Assembly (NCBI RefSeq): GCF_002571385.2
Contig: NW_019218214.1
Coordinates: 159,203 to 223,202 of the forward strand
Direction: 5' to 3'
Length of the DNA stretch: 64,000 nt
Origin: Stylophora pistillata
Taxonomy: Eukaryota
The notes beneath the pieces are model-generated. The model made no database searches and had not been told where the DNA came from. It saw only the letters and a program-made list of their open reading frames with translations. Both the position numbers and the translations under genes were made by a program. Of the stretch, positions 35,459 to 47,470 are shown piece after piece (the stretch's first letter is position 1; each line of letters begins with the position of its first letter).

Positions 35459-36577
35459 CTAGAAAGCCTTAGACTTTTGGATAGAAAATGATCTTTGTGG
35501 ACTTTTATCTTGAATGATCACGCTTCGACTTGCCTTTTCTAGAGGTTTTGCTCTTTTATCTCGAACAATATTGAAAGAATCTGAAATATTGACGCTTTTG
35601 TGGCGACATTTCTGAATTTTCACTCGAAAACGGCTCTTTGGTAGCATCCTTGTTCGAGTACGTTGCTGTTCAAAGTCTTGACAGCGAGTGGATAGAACCG
35701 CGTTTGCAGATGTTCCACGTCTGTTCCCGTCTGTAACTACATTTTTAATCGTAAAACTTTTCCTCAGCGGTGTATATTGAACTCGTACATTGTCCTTGCT
35801 CATTGCGGTTACTTCTTTTACCATGTTACGATTAAACAAGCCAACGCTTTTATTTTCTCCACGGGGTTGATTTCCTATCAGTGAAGTGTTTTTTTCCTCG
35901 TCACGTATTTCATCTGACGAACTTCTGGTTGTCGGCGCGGATCGGGAAGTATTCTTGCTAGAATAGCTGAATTTAATTTCCAGCGAAGAAGTTCTCCGCG
36001 GTTGCCTTTCCTTGTCCTCCGAATTCTCCCTGTCCAAGCTAGTCGCTTTCCTCCATTCAGTGCTCAATGAAGTGTGAAGACATGAAATGTAGTTGGCTTG
36101 CGAAAAGCTTCCTTTTTCACTCTTCGGTGCCTGACTCCTCTTTTTTCCCGGAGCAGTTGTGACACCAGGGACTCTAGCTGATACTGGCTTCGCCGACGTT
36201 ACAGCAATATCTTTATCGATACTTGGTAATACCACAATCTTAGGAATCTTTTCTTTCGGAATAATAGACAATGAACTCACGTATTTTCTCCTTTGATCGC
36301 GAGACGAATGATTAGTCATCGGGGACATAATTTTCGGTTGTACAGATGACTTTGTGTAAGCCGCGCGAGGAGCACTCGAGCCTAGCGAGCACTTTGCAAA
36401 CACACCACTCATCGAAGGGGAAAAATTATTATTTACGGTCTTCGTTGGAACATTTCTTCCAAGTTTCGTCGTAGAAACGTGGCAATACCCTTTCTGAACG
36501 TTCATTGGGAAGAGCTGGCCGATAACATTATTTTTAGAGCACGTATTTCGTGTAGTTGATTCGCTCGTGTTTTTCAA
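35459..36577 (-). CDS. uncharacterised basic, Ser/Lys/Arg-rich, probably disordered protein (single ORF or terminal exon)
   Basis: 372-codon open frame in AT-rich DNA; no recognisable domain. Start uncertain: first ATG ~36505, possible acceptor ~36591. Confidence 0.55.
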   Translation of the reverse strand: MKNTSESTTRNTCSKNNVIGQLFPMNVQKGYCHVSTTKLGRNVPTKTVNNNFSPSMSGVFAKCSLGSSAPRAAYTKSSVQPKIMSPMTNHSSRDQRRKYVSSLSIIPKEKIPKIVVLPSIDKDIAVTSAKPVSARVPGVTTAPGKKRSQAPKSEKGSFSQANYISCLHTSLSTEWRKATSLDRENSEDKERQPRRTSSLEIKFSYSSKNTSRSAPTTRSSSDEIRDEEKNTSLIGNQPRGENKSVGLFNRNMVKEVTAMSKDNVRVQYTPLRKSFTIKNVVTDGNRRGTSANAVLSTRCQDFEQQRTRTRMLPKSRFRVKIQKCRHKSVNISDSFNIVRDKRAKPLEKASRSVIIQDKSPQRSFSIQKSKAF

Positions 36578-38927
36578 AGCGGTCAGTAACCTAACTTTGG
36601 TGTCCTTTAGTGTTCAATTGTTATGTCTCCCTGGCTTGAAGCACGTTAATTTATGTACAGCGGTCGTAACTTTAAGCTGACAGGTTGTTTCACGATCACA
36701 GCATAATTACTGAATACGATTTTGGCCTCTTTGTAGAAAAAAAATCCAAATTTTTGATGAACGTTGGTGAGCAGGGAAGATGTATTGTTTAGAAAGACAG
36801 TTTTGAGTGCTTTTTTCGAAACCTTTCCTTAAACTCATTAACCAAATGGACGTATTTCAGCTGAAACGAGCCAAGAGTTTTGTTCTTATGGTAGAGAATA
36901 TAGCCATTATGATATTGGCCTGCGTGTGAAATTTGCATTTTTGTCGAGAGGTAAATTGCAACTTTTATTTTCTCAATTATCACCAAAACATACACGCAAG
37001 AGTCGAATTGATAGTCAATCGGCGTTTTAAATGACGTAAATGAATCACCAAGGTCATCCCTCTCCAATTAAAAGCTTTGACGAGACAAATGTTCTTGGAT
37101 TTACGTTCCAATTACGACTTCACATCTTCTAGACACAAACTCACGCTTCAGTAAAGTCGCACTTATGGATAATACCGTTTTTGTAAACAAAAAAATTGCA
37201 AATGAGAAGTTTCACAATAGAATTTTCTCGAAATATTGATTTATTCGGAACAGCGCCCTGCTTTGCCATAAATTATGTCTTTTGAATTTATAGTCCTGCT
37301 GAAAAGTGACGAGGAAAAAAAATAAAATGGAAATTAAAGGAGAAGCCACGGTGATTAACCTAAGTCCGAGGTTACTACAAAACTCGGTCCCAATCCTTTT
37401 ACTGATAGTGAAATCATCATTACGACACTTCTTAACTTTACGGAAAATTTCTCTTTTTCTACAACAGTAATATAAGAATTATCTGTTTTTCATACATTTT
37501 TATATGTTGCAACAAAGTAAATAACTAGATATATTTATGGGAAACGGTATAGTAAATGATTTAAATAACCATAAAATGTGGTTGTTCGATGAAAAACATT
37601 TATTTCTCCACTGACCTTCGATCGATACCTAAGTAGAGTGGGCGGACCACAATTTACCAGGTGGCTGATTCTTCGTCTCTAGTTTTCACCTGTAAAATGG
37701 TTGGACAACTTGCTCACTTGTTCTCGACTAGTATTACTGAAATTATTTGAAAACAGAAAAAAAAAATCCGCTATCGAACAACAAAGACAGATTCTGATAA
37801 CATAGAGGAGGAACATTTAAGCCTAGCATGGCTACGAACTTAAAATTGGGGAAGATTATTTTTCAACTGAATGGCAGTGAATGAAGAACGAGAGAGACCA
37901 TCAGTTAGCCTGAGCAAGCTACATTGTTTTGTTTGGGAGGAAAATGCAACGAAGTGTAGTGAAATTCAAACGGTTCTTGACCCACACAGACCGAAAAATT
38001 AAGATTCCCCGTGTGTGAAAGTGGCGATTCGTTGTTGAAGATTTTCCGGTTAGTTCACTTGTTTAAATAAAACTCACTGAATATCCTCGTCAGCCTACAC
38101 GCTTCATGGGTTTATTTGTTTCTTTGTTTTCATCTGCTTAACATTCCATAACGTAATTTTTCTTTCCGCTTTGATGAACTAAAAGCAAAAAGCTATCATA
38201 TTGTAGCAGGCTGAGGTAAAAAAAGGAGAAAAAAAAGAACTGAAAATCGCTCGAAATTTGTCGCTTGGAAATTCAACGAGACTCAATAGGTTTTATAGAT
38301 CAGTCGAGTATCTAAAATGTCTGTACCATATTTCGTTTCCATATATTTTCAAGAGAAGGACTTCCGTCTTTGTTGATATTTTAAAATCAGTTCTAGCGTG
38401 TAGCCTATTTGATTATTTTTGGTCAAGGAGCATAAAGTTTAGGTTTTTTTAAAAATGGTCTATCAATTTTTGGACAGGAAGTGTTTCGCTATCGCTATAA
38501 AAGGAAAATTAGGCTTCAAAATATTACGAGATATGATGTGATTTAGAATTGCCTAGACCGGTAAATAAGAAAAGTAAATGCAGAATTTTAGGGAGCAATT
38601 TTCTCTTATTTACTTAACATAAAAATATGAAAAAAAAAAAACCTTTGATTTTCTCCGAGAGAAAAAGAAAAATGGCGAGTCTCCTTCTAAGAAGTGCTTT
38701 TGACTCTTTGTTCATGAGTTTATCGCTCCATTGATCCATGACCTCAACCTCCCGCTCTGGTTGGCTGTTTAATGACAATAGAAAGCAATCCAATTTTAAT
38801 GAGCCAGTGGGCCATGAAGTAATGATGATTCCTCAACAATGAGCTCATGAATTGTCCAATAAGAAAGCCATGTTGATCAAAAGACCCACACAATCCACCG
38901 GCTGTTTTGGTTGGACATCATGACGTC

Positions 38928-40778
38928 ATGAAGGAAGAAACAAGCGGCCGTGTGGCCTCTTACCTTGAAGCTCAACAACCTTTAAAAACACTAAACATCA
39001 TGCGGTGCGAGAAGGAAACTTATCCACTATACGAGAAAAAAGTTGTTGGAAATGTCCAGCTTAAAGAGGAACCAAAAAATGAAGAAAACCGAAAGTTTCT
39101 GCGTAGTGTTGTCACGTCTCTTATGTACGTTCTGGAACCGATTTTACCAGACGATGGCGTGAAGGGAGACGGGAAAATTGCTAGCTTATTGTACTTGATT
39201 TGTCTAACAACAGCAGGGGTGGTATTTAATCTTTCCAAATGGCTACAAGACGATTCTAAGGCCGACTCCGGCGTGACAACGGACCACATAGATGGGTTCC
39301 TGATCACCTGTATCTGTCCAGCTCTGTTGTGGATCTGTTACATCTTTTGTAAACAAAGCGATCGGAAGACTGTGGACTTTATCACGCCCTCGCCCCACTC
39401 ACACAGACCTCTGATGGCGGGGGCTTACGTTTTCGGCGCGGGAAGTTGTGTCATGGATCTACTCCACATAACATTTTATATCGAATGTTCATCCAACTTA
39501 TCCAGCCTTTTCTTCTCCATTTTCAAGGCTGTGTTTATTTTTGCACAAATTCTATTTTTAAGAAAGTTTGCCACAGCAACCCTTCATAAATCACCAAGCA
39601 TTCGACTTGTACTTTTCCACATACTTGGTACCAACGTATGCCTATGGTTTCGCGCGCTTTTTAGCCATTCGAAAAGCATTTTCAGTGCGCGGAGATCACT
39701 TGAAGATCTAAGCACTCGCGAAGAAAACGCTTGCTTTGCAAATCACTACTCTATGAAAAAGATCTGGGACGCGTCCGAACCTTATTTATATCCATTTACA
39801 ATGGAGTATTCACTTATCGCGGGTGGCATTTTGTACACCATGTGGAGCGGGATGCGGGATCTTGATCCCGACCCGCAAGATATTTATATCTATGACGAGC
39901 TGTCTGACTTTAATACGACTTCGGATAATCTTAGTGAACGACTCGAAAAATTTGAACATGACCACGGATATGGGACCTGCGAAGCTGCCACACCATCCAG
40001 GGATTCTGTGTCAAGTGGTAGATTTTCAAGCCGTTTTTCGCTGAATAGAGCCATGTCAAACTCTTCTATATGTCAATCATGTATTGAAAACCAGGATGCA
40101 CTTCGCATGCACGCGATCCCAAGCTCTGACCCAGGCCTTTTGATTGGCCTCCTTTTCTCGATCGTGTTGCTGCTCGCGGTTGGTTTACTGTGGGTTGACC
40201 GAGACTCTATAAACGCGCTTAAATTTTATTACCTCTACCAAATTATTTTGCTGGTGTTCATGTGCGTGGCCTGCTGGGTTGTGTTGCGGTGTTTAATGAA
40301 TCAAAAATTTATGTGGTATCCATTTGGTGCAGATGACACTCTCTTAATAGTTTCGTTCACAGGGATGTTTCTCTACGCTGGTTTATGCCTCACAGCTGCC
40401 ATCGCCGAAATAAGGAATCATCGTCACGCATCGGATTTCTCACTCGCTAAATCAACATTGATTTTGTTCCAAGCCATGCTTCAGGCTACAGCCCTTATCA
40501 AGGCGCTGCGCTTCAGACCGCTCAAGGAACTGGGAGCGAATATAGTCCGACAAGGAACGCTGTTTCTGCTGACTACGAATGTTGCACTGTGGGCGCAGGA
40601 TTCCTTCTTCGAAATGAGGAACTTTGCGACCACACCAGTTCAGACGGTGTTTTACGGTGAGACTTCCTGGAGGGCAATTACTACTTTAGCTTATCCTTTA
40701 TGTATTTTCTTTCGCTTTCACTCAGCAGCTTGTCTTTTTGAAGTGTGGTCTTGCTTTAGAGTTAACAACTTGAGCTAA
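38928..40778 (+). CDS. OTOP: otopetrin-family proton channel, intronless CDS
   Basis: Multi-TM protein with otopetrin motifs: AYVFGAGS, FHILGTNVCLWF, YLYPFTMEYSL, FLLTTNVALW, YPLCIFFRFHSAACLFEVW. First ATG 38928. Confidence 0.93.
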   Translation: MKEETSGRVASYLEAQQPLKTLNIMRCEKETYPLYEKKVVGNVQLKEEPKNEENRKFLRSVVTSLMYVLEPILPDDGVKGDGKIASLLYLICLTTAGVVFNLSKWLQDDSKADSGVTTDHIDGFLITCICPALLWICYIFCKQSDRKTVDFITPSPHSHRPLMAGAYVFGAGSCVMDLLHITFYIECSSNLSSLFFSIFKAVFIFAQILFLRKFATATLHKSPSIRLVLFHILGTNVCLWFRALFSHSKSIFSARRSLEDLSTREENACFANHYSMKKIWDASEPYLYPFTMEYSLIAGGILYTMWSGMRDLDPDPQDIYIYDELSDFNTTSDNLSERLEKFEHDHGYGTCEAATPSRDSVSSGRFSSRFSLNRAMSNSSICQSCIENQDALRMHAIPSSDPGLLIGLLFSIVLLLAVGLLWVDRDSINALKFYYLYQIILLVFMCVACWVVLRCLMNQKFMWYPFGADDTLLIVSFTGMFLYAGLCLTAAIAEIRNHRHASDFSLAKSTLILFQAMLQATALIKALRFRPLKELGANIVRQGTLFLLTTNVALWAQDSFFEMRNFATTPVQTVFYGETSWRAITTLAYPLCIFFRFHSAACLFEVWSCFRVNNLS

Positions 40779-40886
40779 GATCATGCAAAAAATGTGCAGT
40801 CAAGGGAACAAGTGCTGGTCGAGTCCGTCATGAGAATCTTGACTTTCGCTCCCCGTCGCTAGAGTACCTCAGTAATGTATAGTTCC

Positions 40887-40940
40887 GAAAAGATCGGAAA
40901 AGATCGGAAAAGATCGGAAAAGATCGGAAAAGATCGGAAA
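40887..40940. repeat. 10-bp tandem repeat (GAAAAGATCG, ~5 copies)
   Basis: Perfect repeats in the putative OTOP 3' UTR. Confidence 0.9.
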
Positions 40941-43900
40941 TACTTCGTTTTCAAAATGGAGGATAAGCAGAGAACATTGCTTGTTTCTTTGACCGTATTA
41001 GACTTCCAGCTGAGGGAAATTTTCCGTGGTCAATTAAAGGGGAAGAGCATTGACTAGATCTCACCTGTCGTCTAGCTAGCATTAGAATAATTTTCCGACA
41101 TTTAAATTTATAAACTCTAAGAATATCAGTATGCACTTGCATTTAATTAGACCACGGATATATCAGTGAATAGATTCTGCTATTCACTCAATTGAATCTT
41201 GACGGCTGATGAAAGAAGTTCCAGTAGTTTTATTAGTCGACAGAATTTTTCCCATTTCCAGGCTAAAAGTTTTAGCCATGCAAACAACTTAATTGCATCG
41301 TGGGGGACTTCGAAGCAATTAACTTAAATGCAAATGTTTCTTCGATGAAAAGTATTTTTCCACATGGTTCATCATCTACCAACGAGCTTGAAGAAGGATT
41401 TGGTGAACATTTCTTGCTATTTGATTGCAAACTCATGGAAAAGGAAAAAATTCTAATATATTTTATGTTAAAAACTCTTAAGTGAATAGTCATTTTAGTA
41501 TGTATATTGTTCATGTATATATATTTTTCAGTACATATCGGTTTTAGGAACCATTTCTATTATTCGTTAAGCATGATTCATTCAAATGGGTGATTCTTCC
41601 TGAACTTCACAATTAGCGCGAAATAGATACGCCGTAAAATTGGCGGTTTTGTAGATTGATAACTTTTTCGGTAATAATGAATTTGATGATAATCATTTAT
41701 ATATTATAGTATGGAATTTTTAATCTTCATTTATTTATACCTTACCCATCCATAGTGAGATTTCAATTCACATTCTAAGGCTTATTTTCAGCGGACAATA
41801 CGTATTTACCTTGAGGTAAGACAAGTAAGGTAAGATATTTCAATATTATTTTTGACAAGGAAACAAGTAGTTTTGTAAATAGCCACACGTTCATGGCAAA
41901 ATGAATCAGTTTTTCTTGTTTTTCTCGATGGCATGTCCGCCAGGAATCACCAATATTTCTTTATTTTTTTCTAAAATGATATCGATGGCAGATGACGACA
42001 TCCGAGTGTTAACTGTCGTCGACAACAAAGAATTGTTATTCTTAAATGAATCATTTCTAAGATAGACTAACAGTAGTTTGTGTGCCATGTATACGACTGA
42101 CAGACAGGCAAAAACACATTTTACTCCGCGATTAGTGCATAACAACCAGTCACAACAGACCCGACTGACAATCTGACAGGGAGACCAACAGTGACACAGA
42201 CCACCCTCGCTCGCTAACAGGCTTGAGTTGTTGCTAAACTGTTAATCAACTGTATGTCAAGGACTAGCCCGGATTATAAGCCGACTGAACGATAACAGAG
42301 TAACTTATAATTATAGACAATAATCTCAAAAACAACTAACTAGCTGTCTGGCTGACTGTCTGATCAATTGTTTGACCAACTGTTGAACTGTCTGACGCAC
42401 ACTCTGACGAACTGTCTGACTGACATTCCGAACTGACGGACTAGTTGGCAGGCAGACTAGCTGGCTGTCGATAATGCGCCACCAAAGATACAGACTTACA
42501 GATTGATGATTTGAAAACGAGGGCCTTAACTGTTTAGATGACCGACAAAGTTATAGATCGCTTGATTAAATATTGACGGACTGGTTGACTCAACTTTCAC
42601 CTCTCCGCTTACCCCGTGACTATACAGACTGACAGACAGTCAAACAGACAGGAGAAGAAATTAACCGTCAGACCGGCTAGCTACAACGACAAAATTAGAT
42701 TATACATTTAAGACAACTTCGCTACTCCCTACTGCCTGCTACTTACTGTACTGACAGTTTGACGGACGACATTTGATCTGACCTCATACTAAGCTAATGA
42801 CTCTGCGCAAGTCTCACTGATCTTACGCAACTGTTACTCTCTGTAAGTTTAACACAACTAACAACTAGCTATCAAGAAAAATGAACAACTACTTCGCTAT
42901 CGAACGTCACTTAGTAACTTCACCAATTATTACAACTGCCTAAAGGACAAACAGACAGACGAATAGACAGAAAAACCAACCAACCAACCCACAAACAGAC
43001 AGTCAGTCAGACAGACGGAGGCTGACTGACTGACTGACAGACAGACGAACTTATAGACAGACTTACAGAAATACAGACAGACAGATAGACAGACTGACAG
43101 ACGGACAGACAGACAGACTGACATAGAGACAGACTGACAGACAGACAGACAGACAGACGGACAGACAAATAGACACAGAGAGACTGACATATAGACAGAC
43201 GGACAGACGGACAGTCAGACAGGCTGACTGACTGACTGATAGACTGACTCACTAACTGACTGATAGATTGACAAATTAACGGACTGACAGACTAATAAAC
43301 AGACAGACAGACAGAAACAGGGACAGAGAAACGAACAAACAAACACCTACACTGAAACAAGAAGATAGATAACCAATCAAACAGGCAAAAAAAAATAATA
43401 AACAGAAAATGACGGTAACAAAGACAGAGAGTTACTAACTTGCAGATGAGGGACAGATAGGGGCAATAGGTCTATCGACCACTAAAAGAAAAACTCAAAG
43501 ACACGTAAGACCTAAAAGAACAACAGGCAGATACATAGAAATTACAAAGGCTTGAACTGACAAACTTATAGACATTTTGCAACATTTTGTGGAACCACAG
43601 GAAAAAAAAAATTGCAAAATAAAACATTCAAACGGAAGAGAAACAGCCTTTCACAGTAATCAACGGATATACTTTACTTACTTCACTGGTATAGTTTTTT
43701 TTCGTATTTTTTAACTGAGAATAAAAACATTTTGAAAGACATTTCTTCCTCCACTCTTTCATACTATGTGCCCAAACATGAGTAGTTGCGAGACCATTGC
43801 ATTGAAAGAACACGTATTAAACTTATAGTCTTTTTCTCTGCTAGTTGACATATTGACGGTGACTGATTAACAAGTCAAACAGCGGAACGACATCTGAGCT

Positions 43901-44304
43901 TTATTACTTCCCTGCTACTAAGGACTAATTTAGAAAACTGATGGCATTTTCTGACTATCTAGCAAACTAACTTTAGCCAAGTTAATAACTGATGGGCTGA
44001 ATGACTGAATGACCAAGTGGGTGAATAACTATATGATAGAATGACGGAGTGACGGAATGAGGAAATTAGGAAATGACTGAATGACTGAAAGACTGAACTA
44101 ACGGAATTAATGACCTTACCGACCTTTTTGATTGACTCGGCGACTCAATTAATTGGCTTAACTACAAACAATTTAGCGTAATGAATTAATGACTGTTTTA
44201 CCTACTCACTGACTGACTCCTTTACTTTCCGGTTGACTTACTGACTTGCTGACTAAGAACTCACAAACTGACTGGTGAACCCACAGACTAACTGTCTGAC
44301 GGAC

Positions 44305-46480
44305 AAAAAGAGGGACGCACAGCATGACTGACTGACTGAATGAATGACTCACTCAGTCACTTACTAACTCACTCAGTCACAGATAAACATAAAGAGGGAC
44401 GCATAGCACGACTGACTGACTGAATGAATGACTCACTCAGTCACTTACTCACTAACTCACTCAGTGACAGATAGACATAAAGAGGGACGCACAGCACGAC
44501 TGACTGACTGAATGAATGACTCACTCAGTCACTTACTCACTAACTCACTCAGTGACAGATAGACATAGAGGGACGCACAGCACGACTGACTGACTGAATG
44601 AATGACTCACTCAGTCACTTACTCACTAACTCACTCAGTGACAGATAGACATAAAGAGGGACGCACAGCACGACTGACTGACTGAATGAATGACTCACTC
44701 AGTCACTTACTCACTAACTCACTCAGTGACAGATAGACATAGAGGGACGCACAGCACGACTGACTGACTGAATGAATGACTCACTCAGTCACTTACTCAC
44801 TAACTCACTCAGTGACAGATAGACATAAAGAGGGACGCACAGCACGACTGACTGACTGAATGAATGACTCACTCAGTCACTTACTCACTAACTCACTCAG
44901 TGACAGATAGACATAGAGGGACGCACAGCACGACTGACTGACTGAATGAATGACTCACTCAGTCACTTACTCACTAACTCACTCAGTGACAGATAGACAT
45001 AGAGGGACGCACAGCACGACTGACTGACTGAATGAATGACTCACTCAGTCACTTACTCACTAACTCACTCAGTGACAGATAGACATAGAGGGACGCACAG
45101 CACGACTGACTGACTGAATGAATGACTCACTCAGTCACTTACTCACTAACTCACTCAGTGACAGATAGACATAGAGGGACGCACAGCACGACTGACTGAC
45201 TGAATGAATGACTCACTCAGTCACTTACTCACTAACTCACTCAGTGACAGATAGACATAGAGGGACGCACAGCACGACTGACTGACTGAATGAATGACTC
45301 ACTCAGTCACTTACTCACTAACTCACTCAGTGACAGATAGACATAGAGGGACGCACAGCACGACTGACTGACTGAATGAATGACTCACTCAGTCACTTAC
45401 TCACTAACTCACTCAGTGACAGATAGACATAGAGGGACGCACAGCACGACTGACTGACTGAATGAATGACTCACTCAGTCACTTACTCACTAACTCACTC
45501 AGTGACAGATAGACATANNNNNNNNNNNNNNNNNNNNNNNNNNNNNNNNNNNNNNNNNNNNNNNNNNNNNNNNNNNNNNNNNNNNNNNNNNNNNNNNNNN
45601 NNNNNNNNNNNNNNNNNNNNNNNNNNNNNNNNNNNNNNNNNNNNNNNNNNNNNNNNNNNNNNNNNNNNNNNNNNNNNNNNNNNNNNNNNNNNNNNNNNNN
45701 NNNNNNNNNNNNNNNNNNNNNNNNNNNNNNNNNNNNNNNNNNNNNNNNNNNNNNNNNNNNNNNNNNNNNNNNNNNNNNNNNNNNNNNNNNNNNNNNNNNN
45801 NNNNNNNNNNNNNNNNNNNNNNNNNNNNNNNNNNNNNNNNNNNNNNNNNNNNNNNNNNNNNNNNNNNNNNNNNNNNNNNNNNNNNNNNNNNNNNNNNNNN
45901 NNNNNNNNNNNNNNNNNNNNNNNNNNNNNNNNNNNNNNNNNNNNNNNNNNNNNNNNNNNNNNNNNNNNNNNNNNNNNNNNNNNNNNNNNNNNNNNNNNNN
46001 NNNNNNNNNNNNNNNNNNNNNNNNNNNNNNNNNNNNNNNNNNNNNNNNNNNNNNNNNNNNNNNNNNNNNNNNNNNNNNNNNNNNNNNNNNNNNNNNNNNN
46101 NNNNNNNNNNNNNNNNNNNNNNNNNNNNNNNNNNNNNNNNNNNNNNNNNNNNNNNNNNNNNNNNNNNNNNNNNNNNNNNNNNNNNNNNNNNNNNNNNNNN
46201 NNNNNNNNNNNNNNNNNNNNNNNNNNNNNNNNNNNNNNNNNNNNNCACTTACTCACTAACTCACTCAGTGATAGATAAACATAAAGAGGGACGCACAGCA
46301 TCACTGACTGACTAACTGACTGACTAAAATTTTTGCTTTCTAACTCACTCACTGACAGACAGACAAATAGAGGAACGCACAGCATGACCGACTGATTGAC
46401 CGACTGACATACTTACTCACTAACTCACTCACTGACAAACAGACAGACAAATAGAGGGAGACGCACAGCATGACTGACTG
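44305..46480. repeat. 86/88-bp minisatellite array spanning an assembly gap
   Basis: Unit AGAGGGACGCACAGCACGACTGACTGACTGAATGAATGACTCACTCAGTCACTTACTCACTAACTCACTCAGTGACAGATAGACAT; ~14 near-identical copies before the gap, degenerate copies after. Confidence 0.95.
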
Positions 46481-47239
46481 ACTAACTGACTCACTGACTG
46501 AATGACTAACTGAGTGGATCTGATCCGACTGAGTGAGTGAATGACTGACTAACTGACTAAATGAATGGCTCAGTCACTTTTTCAATAACTCACCCACTGA
46601 CAAACTGAAAAAAAAAAGGGACGTACAGCATGACTGGCTAACTGCCTGAATAACTAACTTAACTGACTAAATAACTGACTGGCACATACAACCTGACTGA
46701 TAAGTTTGAGAGCAGAACAATCAAAATGAACAATCAAAATCAAAATGACTGGCTCAACTACAGACTGACTAACCAGTTTATGGCGGAAAACCCAAAAACA
46801 ACTCTCGATCAGATAACAGGCTAGCTGACTGTCTAACTGACCCACCCATCAGTAGACTGACCAACCGACTTGCAGCGTGGTGAGATAATTACTCAGCGCG
46901 ATGACATACAGACTGTCTGTGTCATTCATGAGGTAACGGTCAAGCTTAAAAAGAGCAAACTAGTTGAGATTAGCTGACTCTATGGCCAACTGAGCAACTA
47001 ATCGTTTGGCGGACAGAATTGACAATTAACCTGTTGACTACATTATTACCAAATGACTAATCAATTTGTTGACTAAAATGAATTAATTTATAATGATAAT
47101 TGAATAACATCCTGGTTGGCTGACCTCCTTTTAACTGACAGACGGACTACCACGTTATGACCGACAAAGTAGATGACGAACTATTTTTCACTTTTCCTAA
47201 CACGTTACACGCTTTAGGAGCGCTTTTCTATTGACTATT

Positions 47240-47470
47240 AAGTAATCCAAACAGCCAACCTGAAGAGAGGAAAATACCCTGAGGAGCCAATAAGAACTCA
47301 AGAAAAAAAAACGCCTTTAAGAGTCCGGGCGACCAACTCGTGATTGGTGTAGTTTTGCATTTGATTGGCTGAGAGAGTGGAGCGAGTTTTCTGGACCAAT
47401 CACAGAGCAGAATAAAGCAAAATCAGTTCAATCCCGGATTGCTTTCGACACCCAATTTAAATTTTCTCTA
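47240..47470 (+). mobile_element. dispersed repeat (second copy at 50632-50890)
   Basis: GAGCCAATAAGAACTCAA...GCGACCAA.TCGT.ATTGGT...CCCGGATT..TTCGACAC shared. Confidence 0.7.

Noticed and set aside
42930-43252. Hydrophobic 'SVCL' ORFs
   Set aside because: Translations of (GTCT)n-type microsatellite.
44305-45516. CRISPR-like array
   Set aside because: Identical tandem units with no unique spacers, no cas genes, eukaryotic context: a minisatellite.
45466-46385. Long ORFs across N runs (also 49490-49975)
   Set aside because: Artefacts of assembly gaps and simple repeats.
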